Positions 51,929 through 64,000 of a stretch of DNA of 64,000 nt are shown piece after piece. Source of the DNA: Eledone cirrhosa (taxonomy: Eukaryota); contig OZ024742.1 of the NCBI GenBank assembly GCA_964016885.1, forward strand, positions 143,716,001 through 143,780,000, read 5' to 3'. A program made the translations under genes and the position numbers. The notes under the pieces are model-generated. The model saw only the letters and a list, made by a program, of their open reading frames with translations. It did no database searches and was not told the DNA's origin. Every line of letters begins with the position of its first letter. Positions within the stretch are counted from its first letter, which is position 1.

Positions 51929-54900
51929 GCACTATCATCATCCTTGTGGTAAATCACACAACTGCAATCATCATCATCATCATCATCATCAAGGTAAATC
52001 ACACCTCTGTTGTCGTCATCGTTACAATATTTATCTTCATAATCATTATAAACCTCATCATCATTATCCTCTTCGTCCTTCGTTGTCATCATCATCATCA
52101 CCGCAACCACCACCACAACCACCACCACAACCACCACCACAACCACCACCACAACCACCACCATAACCACCACCACAACCACCACCACAACCACCACCAA
52201 AACCACCACCACAACCACCACCACAACCACCACCATGACCACCACCACAACCACCACCACAACCACCACCATAACCACGACCACAACCACCACCACAACC
52301 ACCACCGCAACCGCCACCACAACCACCACCACAACCACCACCTCATCCACCACCACAACCACCACCACAACCACCACCACAGGCACCCCCACAACCACCA
52401 CCACAACCACCACCATAACCACCACCACAACCACCACCACAACCACCACCGCAACCGCCACCACAACCACCACCACAACCACCACCTCATCCACCACCAC
52501 AACCACCACAACAACCACCACAACAACCATCACCACAACCACCACCACAACCACCACCGCAACCACCACCACGACCACCAACACAACCACGACACAACCA
52601 CCACCACAACCACCACCACAACCACCACCACAACCACCACCACAACCGCCACCACAACCACCACCACAACCACCATCACAACCGGTACCACAACCATCAC
52701 CGCAACAACCACCACAACCACCACCACAACCACCACCACAACCATCACCACAACCACCACCACAATCACAACCACAACCACCACTACAAACACCACCACA
52801 ACCACCACAAAAATCACCACCACAACCACCACCACAATCACAACCAAAACCACCGCCACAAGCAACACCAAAACCACCACCAAAACCACCACCGCAACCA
52901 CCACCAAAACCACCACCAAAACCACAACCACAAACACAACTACAACCGCAACCACACCACCACCACAACCACCACCACAACCACCACCAGAACTACCACC
53001 ACAACCACCACCATAACCACCTCCACCACCACCACCAAAACCACCACCACAATCACCATCTCAACCACTACCACAACCACCACCACAACCACCACCACAA
53101 CCACCACCATAACCACCACCACAACCACCACGACAACCACCACCACAACCACCACCTCAACCACCACCACAACCACCACAACCACCACAACCACCACCAC
53201 GACCGCCACCACAACCGCCACCACAACCACCACCAAAAACCACAACCACAATCACAACAACAACCACCACGACAAACATCACCACAACCACCACCACAAC
53301 CACCACCACAACCACCACCACAACCACCACCACAACCACCACCGCAACCACCACCGCCACCACCACGCAACCACCACCACAACCACCACCACAACCACCA
53401 CCACAACCAACACCTCAACCACCACCACAACCACCACCACAAACACCACCACAACCACCACCACAATCACAAACACAACCACGACCACAACCACCACCAC
53501 AACCACCACCAGAACCACGACCACAACCACCACCACAACCACCACCACAACCACCATCACAACCACCAGCACAACCACAACCACAATCACAACCACAACC
53601 AGCACCACAACCACCATCACAACCACCACCACAACCACCATCACAACCAGCACCACAACCAACACCGCAACAACCACCACAACCACCACCACAACCACCA
53701 CCACAACCACCACCACAACCACCACCACAGATACCACCACAAACACCACCACAACCACCACCTCAACCACCACAACATCCACCACCACAACCACCACCAC
53801 AACCACCACCACAACCATCACCACAATCACCACCACAACCACCACCACAATCACAACCACAACCTCCACCACAATTTCTACCACAACCACCACCACAATT
53901 ACTACCACAACCACCACCACAATTACTACCACAACCACCACCACAACCACAACCACCACCACAATTACTACCACAACCACCACCACAATTACTACCACAA
54001 CCACCACCACCACCACAACCACAAACACCACCACAATTACTACCACAACCACCACCACAACCACCACCACAACCACCACCGCAACCACCACCACAATTAC
54101 TACCACAACCACCACGACAACTACCACCACAACCACCACCACAACAACCACCACAACCACCACCGCAACCATCACCACAACCACCACCACAACCACCACC
54201 ACAATTACTACCACAACCACCACCACAAACACCACCACAACCACCACCACAACCACAACCACAACCACCACCACAATTACTACCACAACCACCACCACAA
54301 CCACCACCACAACCACCACCACAAACACCACCACAATTACTACCACAACCACCACCACAACCACCACCACAACCACCACCCCAACCACAACTACAACCAC
54401 CACCACAACCACCACCACCACCACAACCACCACCAGAACTACCACCACAACCACCACCAAAACCACCTCCACAACCACCACCACAACCACCACCACCACC
54501 ACAACCACCATTACAACCACCACCACAACCACCACCACAACCACCACCACAACCACCTCCACAAACACCACCACAAACACCACCACAACCACCACCACAA
54601 CCACCACCACAACCATCATCACAATCACAACCACATCCACCACCACAACCACCACCACAACCACCACCACAATCACCACCACAACCACCACCACAATCAC
54701 AACCACAACCACCACCACAATTTCTACCGCAACCACCACCACAATTACTACCACAACCACCACCACAACTACCACCGCAACCACCACCGCCACCACCACG
54801 CAACCATGACCACAACCACCACCACAACCACCACCTCACCACCACCACAACCACCACCACAAACACCACCACAACCACCACCACAATCACAACCACGACC

Positions 54901-57900
54901 ACAACCACCACCACAACCACCACCACAACCACCACCACAACCACCACCACAACCACCACCACAACAACCATCACAACCACCAGCACAACCACAACCACAA
55001 TCACAACCACAACCAGCACCACAACAACCATCACAACCACCACCACAACCACCATCACAACCAGCACCACAACCATCACCGCAACAACCACCACAACCAC
55101 CACCACAACCAGCACCACAACCACCACCACAACCACCACCACAACCACCACCACAAACACCACCACAAACACCACCACAACCACCACCACTATCACCACC
55201 ACAACCACCACCACAATCACAACCACAACCACCACCACAATTTCTACCACAACCACCACCACAATTACTACCACAACCACCACCACCACAACCACCACCA
55301 CAACAACCATCACAACCACCACCACAACCACCATCACAACCAGCACCACAACCATCACCGCAACAACCACCACAACCACCACCACAACCAGCACCACAAC
55401 CACCACCACAACCACCACCACAACCACCACCACAAACACCACCACAAACACCACCACAACCACCACCTCAACCACCACAACATCCACCACCACAACCACC
55501 ACCACAACCACCACCACAACCACCACCACTATCACCACCACAACCACCACCACAATCACAACCACAACCACCACCACAATTTCTACCACAACCACCACCA
55601 CAATTACTACCACAACCACCACCACAATTACTACCACAACCACCACCACAATTACTACCACAACCACCAGCACAACCATAACCACCACCACAATTACTAC
55701 CACAACCACCACCACAATTACTACCACAACCACCACCACCACCACAACCACAAACACCACCACAATTACTACCACAACCACCACCACAACCACCACCACA
55801 CACACCACCGCAACCACCACAACAACCACCACCACAACCACCACCACAACCACCACCAAAACCATCACCACAATCACAACCACAACCACCACCACAACCA
55901 CCACCACAACCACCACCACAACCACCACCACAACCACCACCACTATCACCACCACAACCACCACCACAATCACAACCACAACCACCACCACAATTTCTAC
56001 CACAACCACCACCACAATTACTACCACAACCACCACCACAATTACTACCACAACCACCACCACAACCACCACCACAACAACCATCACAACCACCACCACA
56101 ACCACCATCACAACCAGCACCACAACCATCACCGCAACAACCACCACAACCACCACCACAACCAGCACCACAACCACCACCACAACCACCACCACAACCA
56201 CCACCACAAACACCACCACAAACACCACCACAACCACCACCTCAACCACCACAACATCCACCACCACAACCACCACCACAACCACCACCACAACCACCAC
56301 CACTATCACCACCACAACCACCACCACAATCACAACCACAACCACCACCACAATTTCTACCACAACCACCACCACAATTACTACCACAACCACCACCACA
56401 ATTACTACCACAACCACCACCACAATTACTACCACAACCACCACCACAATTACTACCACAACCACCACCACCACCACAACCACAAACACCACCACAATTA
56501 CAACCACCACCACAACCACCACCACACACACCACCGCAACCACCACAACAACCACCACCACAACCACCACCACAATTACTACCACAACCACCACGACAAC
56601 TACCACCACAACCACCACCACAACAACCACCACAACCACCACCGCAACCACCACCACAATCACCACCACAACCACCACCACAAATACTACCACAACCACC
56701 ACCACAAACACCACCACAACCACCGCCACAATCACAACCCCAACCACCACCACACCACCACCACAACAAACACCACAACCACCAACGCAACCACCACCAC
56801 AACCACCACCACAACCACCACCACAACCACCACTACGACCACCACCACAACCACCACCACAACCACCACCGCAACCACCACCGCAACCACCACCACAACC
56901 ACCACCACAACCACCACCACAACCACCACCACAACCACCACCGCAACCATCACCACAACCACCACCACAACCACCACCACAACCACCACCACAACCACAA
57001 CCACAATCACAACCACAACCAGCAGCACAACCATCACCACAATCCCAACCACAACCAGTACCACAGCCACCACTCACAACCACCACCACAACCACCACCG
57101 CAACCACCACCGCAACCACCACCACAACCACCTCCACAACCACCACCACAATCACAACCACAACCACTACTACAACCACCACTACAACCACCACCACAAC
57201 CACCACCAAAACCACCACCACAACCACCACTACAATCACAACCACAACCACCACCACAACCAACACCAAAACCACCACCAAAACCACCACCACAACCACC
57301 ACCACAATCACCACCACAATCACAACCACAACCACCACCACAACCACCACCACAACCACCACCACAACCACCATCACAATCACCACCACAACCACCACCA
57401 CAACCACCACCATAACCACCACCACAACCACCACGACAACCACCACCACAATCACCACCACAACCACCACCAAAACCACCACCACAACCACCACCACAAC
57501 CACCACCAAAACCACCACCACAACCACCACCACAACCACCACCGCAACCAACACCACAACCCACACCACAACCACCACTACAACCACCACCTCATCCTCC
57601 ACCACAACCACCACCACAACCACCACGACAACCACCACCACAACCACCACGACAACCGCCACCACAACCACAATCACAAGCACAACCACCACCACAACCA
57701 CCACCACAACCACCACTAACACCACCACCACAACCACCAACACAACCACCACCACAACCACCACCACAACCACGACCACAACCACCACCACAAACACCAC
57801 CACAAACACCACCACAACCACCACCTCAACCACCACAACATCCACCACCACAACCACCACCACAACCACCACCATCACCACAATCACAACCACAACCACC

Positions 57901-60900
57901 ACCACAACCACCACCACAACCACCACCACAACCACCACCACAACCACCACCATAACCACCACCACAACCACCACGACAAACACCACCACAACCACCTGCT
58001 CAACCACCAACACAACCACCACCACCACCACAACCACCACCGCAACCGCCACCACAACACCACCAAAACCAGCACCACGATCACAACAACAACCACCACG
58101 ACAAACATCACCACAACCACCACCACAACCACCACCACAACCACCACCACAACCACCACCACAACCACCACCGCAACCACCACCGCCACCACCACGCAAC
58201 CAGCACCACAACCAGCACCACAACCACCACCTCAACCACCACCACAACCACCACCACAACCACCACCACAACCACAACCACAATCACAACCACAACCACG
58301 ACCACAACCACCACCACAACCACCACCACAACCACGACCACAACCACCACCTCAACCACCACCACACCCACCACCATAACCACCTCCACCACCACCACCA
58401 AAACCACCACCACAATCACCATCTCAACCACTACCACAACCACCACCACAACCACCACCACCACCACAACCACCATTACAACCACCACCACAACCACCAC
58501 CACAACCACCAAAACAACCACCACCATAACCACCACCACAACCACCACCACAACCACCACCACAACCACCACCATAACCACCACCACAACCACCACGACA
58601 ACCACCACCACAACCACCACCTCAACCACCACCACAACCACCACTACCACCACAATCACCACCACGACCGCCACCACAACCGCCACCACAACCACCACCA
58701 AAACCACCACCACAATCACAACAACAACCACCACGACAAACATCACCACAACCACCACCACAACCACCACCACAACCACCACCACAACCACCACCACAAC
58801 CACCACCGAAACCACCACCGCCACCACCACGCAACCACCACCACAACCACCACCACAACCACCACCACAACCAACACCTCAACCACCACCACAACCACCA
58901 CCACAAACACCACCACAACCACCACTACAATCACAACCACAACCCCCACCACAACCACCACCACAACCACCACCTCAACCTCCACCACAACCACCACCAC
59001 AACCACCACCACAACCACCAGTACAACCACCACCACAACCACCACCACGATAAAAACCACAACCACCTCCACAACCACCACCACAACCACCACCACAACC
59101 ACCACCACAACCACCACCGCAACCACTACCACAACCACCACCAAAACCACCACCACAATCACAAACACAAACACAACCACCACTACAACCACCACCACAA
59201 CCTCCACCAAAACCATCACCACAACCACCACTACAATCACAACCACAACCACCACCACAACCACCACCAAAACCACCACCAAAACCACCACCACAACCAC
59301 CACCTCAACCACCACCACAATCACAACCACAACCAACACTACAACCACCACCACAACCACCACCACAACCACCACCACAACCACCACGATAAACACCACC
59401 ACAACCACCCCGACAACCACCACGACAACCACCACCTCAACCACCACCACAACCACCACCACAACCACCACCACAACAACCACCACAACAACTACCACCC
59501 CCACCACCGCAACCACCACCGCAACCACCACCACAAACACCACCACAACCACCACAACAACCACCACCACAACCACCACCACATCCACCACAACAACCAC
59601 CACAACCACCACCACAACCACCACCAAAACCACCGCCACAATCACAACCACAACCATCACCACAACCACCACCACAACCACCACCACAACCACCACTACA
59701 ATCACAACCACAACCACCACCACAACCACCACCAATCCACCACCAAAACCACCACCACAACCACCACCTCAACCACCACCACAATCACAACCACAACCAA
59801 CACTACAACCACCACCACAAACATCACCACAACCACCACCACAACCACCACCAGCACCACCACCATAAACACCACCACAACCACCACGACAACCACCACG
59901 ACAACCACCACCTCAACCACCACCACAACAACCACCACAACCACCAACACAACCACCACCACAACCACAACCGCAACCACCACCACCACAACCACAACAA
60001 CCACCAACCCCACCACCGCAACCACCACCGCAACCACCACCACAAACACCACCACAACCACCACAACAACCACCACCACAGCCACCACCAAAACCACCGC
60101 CACAATCACAACCACAACCATCACCACAACCACCACCACCACAACAAACACCACAACCACCAACGCAACCACCACCACGACCACCACCACAACCACCACC
60201 ACAACCACCACCACAACCACCACCACAACCACCACCAAAACCACCACCACAACCACCACCACAACCACCACCGCAACCATCACCACAACCACCACCACAA
60301 CCACCACCACATATACCACCACAACTACCACCACAACCAACCACCACAACCACCACCACAACCACCACCACAACCACAACCACAATCACAACCACAACCA
60401 GCAGCACAAGCATCACCACAATCACAACCACAACCAGCACCACAGCCACCACTCACAACCAGCACCACAACCACCACCGCAACCACCACCGCAACCACCA
60501 CCACAACCACCTCCACAACCACCACCACAATCACAACCACAACCACCACTACAACCACCACTACCACCACCACCACAACCACCACCATAACCACCACCAC
60601 AACCACCACGACAACCACCAACACAACCACCACCTCAACCACCACCACAACCACCACCACAACCACCACCACAAACACCACCACAAACACCACCATAACC
60701 ACCACCACAACCACCACGACAACCACCAACACAACCTCCACCTCAACCACCACCACAACCACCACCACTATCACCACCACAACCACCACCACAATCACAA
60801 CCACAACCACCACCACAATTTCTACCACAACCACCACCACAATTACTACCACAACCACCACCACAATTACTACCACAACCACCACCACAATTACTAACAC

Positions 60901-63900
60901 AACCACCACCACAACCATAACCACCACCACAATTACTACCACAACCACCACCACAATTACTACCACAACCACCACCACCACCACAACCACAAACACCACC
61001 ACAATTACTACCACAACCACCACCACAACCACCACCACACACACCACCGCAACCACCACAACAATCACCACCACAACCACCACCACAATTACTACCACAA
61101 CCACCACCACAAACACCACCACAACCACCGCCACAATCACAACCACAACCACCACCACACCACCACCACAACAAACACCACAACCACCAACGCAACCACC
61201 ACCACAACCACCACCACAACCACCACCACAACCACCACCACAACCACCACCACAACCACCACCACAACCACCACCACAACCACCACCACAACCACCACCA
61301 CATCCACCACCGCAACCATCACCACAACCACCACCACAACCACCACCACAACCACCACCACAACCACAACCACAATCACAACCACAACCAGCAGCACAAC
61401 CATCACTACAATCCCAACCACAACCAGTACCACAGCCACCACTCACAACCACCACCACAACCACCACCGCAACCACCACCGCAACCACCACCACAACCAC
61501 CTCCACAACCACCACCACAATCACAACCACAACCACTACTACAACCACCACTACAACCACCACCACAACCACCACCAAAACCACCACCACAACCACCACT
61601 ACAATCACAACCACAACCACCACCACAACCACCACCAAAACCACCACCAAAACCACCACCACAACCACCACCACAATCACCACCACAATCACAACCACAA
61701 CCACCACCACAACCACCACCACAACCACCACCACAACCACCATCACAATCACCACCACAACCACCACCACAACCACCACCATAACCACCACCACAACCAC
61801 CACGACAACCACCACCACAATCACCACCACAACCACCACCAAAACCACCACCACAACCACCACCACAACCACCACCAAAACCACCACCACAACCACCACC
61901 ACAACCACCACCGCAACCAACACCACAACCACCACCAGAACCACCACCTCATCCTCCACCACAACCACCACCACAACCACTACGACAACCACCACGACAA
62001 CCACCACGACAACCACCACCACAACCACAATCACAAGCACAACCACCACCACAACCACCACCACAACCACCACTAACACCACCACCACAACCACCAACAC
62101 AACCACCACCACAACCACCACCACAACCACGACCACAACCACCACCACAAACACCACCACAAACACCACCACAACCACCACCTCAACCACCACAACATCC
62201 ACCACCACAACCACCACCACAACCACCACCATCACCACAATCACAACCACAACCACCACCACAACCACCACCACAACCACCACCACAACCACCACGACAA
62301 ACACCACCACAACCACCTGCTCAACCACCACCACAACCACCACCACCACCACAACCACCACCACAACCGCCACCACAACACCACCAAAACCACCACCACG
62401 ATCACAACAACAACCACCACGACAAACATCACCACAACCACCACCACAACCACCACCACAACCACCACCACAACCACCACCACAACCACCACCGCAACCA
62501 CCACCGCCACCACCACGCAACCAGCACCACAACCACCACCACAACCACCACCTCAACCACCACCACAACCACCACCACAACCACCACCACAACCACAACC
62601 ACAATCACAACCACAACCACGACCACAACCACGACCACAACCACCACCACAACCACGACCACAACCACCACCACAACCACCACCACAACCACCACCATAA
62701 CCACCTCCACCACCACCACAACCACCACCACAACCACCACCACAACCACAACCACAATCACAACCACAACCACGACCACAACCACAACCACCACCATCAC
62801 CACAATCACAACCACAACCACCACCACAACCACCACCACAACCACCACCACAACCACCACGACAAACACCACCACAACCACCTGCTCAACCACCACCACA
62901 ACCACCACCACCACCACAACCACCACCACAACCGCCACCACAACACCACCAAAACCACCACCACGATCACAACAACAACCACCACGACAAACATCACCAC
63001 AACCACCACCACAACCACCACCACAACCACCACCACAACCACCACCACAACCACCACCGCAACCACCACCGCCACCACCACGCAACCAGCACCACAACCA
63101 CCACCACAACCACCACCTCAACCACCACCACAACCACCACCACAACCACCACCACAACCACAACCACAATCACAACCACAACCACGACCACAACCACGAC
63201 CACAACCACCACCACAACCACGACCACAACCACCACCACAACCACCACCACAACCACCACCATAACCACCTCCACCACCACCACCAAAACCACCACCACA
63301 ATCACCATCTCAACCACTACCACAACCACCACCACAACCACCACCACCACCACCACAACCACCATTACAACCACCACCACAACCACCACCACAACCACCA
63401 CCACAACCACCACCATAACCACCACCACAACCACCACGACAACCACCACCACAACCACCACCTCAACCACCGCCACAACCACCACCACCAACACAACCAC
63501 CACCACGACCGCCACCACAACCGCCACCACAACCACCACCAAAACCACCACCACAATCACAACAACAACCACCACGACAAACATCACCACAACCACCACC
63601 ACAACCACCACCACAACCACCACCACAACCACCACCACAACCACCACCGCAACCACCACCGCCACCACCACGCAACCACCACCACAACCACCACCACAAC
63701 CACCACCACAACCAACACCTGAACCACCACCACAAACACCACCACAACCACCACTACAATCACAACCACAACCCCCACCACAACCACCACCACAACCCCA
63801 CCTCAACCTCCACCACAACCACCACCACAACCACCACCACAACCACCAGTACAACCACCACCACAACCACCACCACGATAAAAACCACAACCACCTCCAC

Positions 63901-64000
63901 AACCACCACCACAACCACCACCACAACCACCACCACAACCACCACCGCAACCACTACCACAACCACCACCAAAACCACCACCACAATCACAAACACAAAC
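43103..64000. repeat. 12-bp AC-rich satellite (ACAACCACCACC)n with higher-order repeats
   Basis: The unit reads directly. It is interrupted at 51466-52101 by a copy of the (CAT)n junction. Near-identical variant blocks recur at offsets of 1170, ~10120 and 565 bp. The array is truncated by the window end. Confidence 0.96.

Noticed and set aside
43075-63996. Long poly-Val, GGGC, PPPQ, HHHN and poly-Thr ORFs (mucin- or keratin-associated-like)
   Set aside because: All frames are open because the 12-bp repeat lacks stops. Frequent frameshifts switch the peptide type, and there is no unique domain or signal peptide.

Overview
This is eukaryotic, repeat-dominated DNA with no host gene that I can support. 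The SINE families and dense TA/CA/trinucleotide microsatellites suggest an octopus or other coleoid cephalopod, but that is an inference from recalled SINE consensus sequences, not a search. Bases 1-20.7 kb are a 37/40-bp GT-rich satellite with kb-scale higher-order repeats. Bases 22.5-29.1 kb are an array of 120 x 55-bp units derived from the tRNA-like head of an adjacent SINE. Bases 29-42 kb are a transposon graveyard: tRNA-SINEs, a CRE-like RLE LINE, two RTE LINE 3' ends, mariner-type MITEs, a Penelope-like GIY-YIG fragment, four hammerhead-ribozyme motifs, and a dense set of inverted duplications, two of them centred on AT-rich tracts. Bases 43.1-64 kb are a 12-bp AC-rich satellite with a ~9-kb duplication and nested higher-order repeats. 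Almost all ORFs in the track are translations of repeats.
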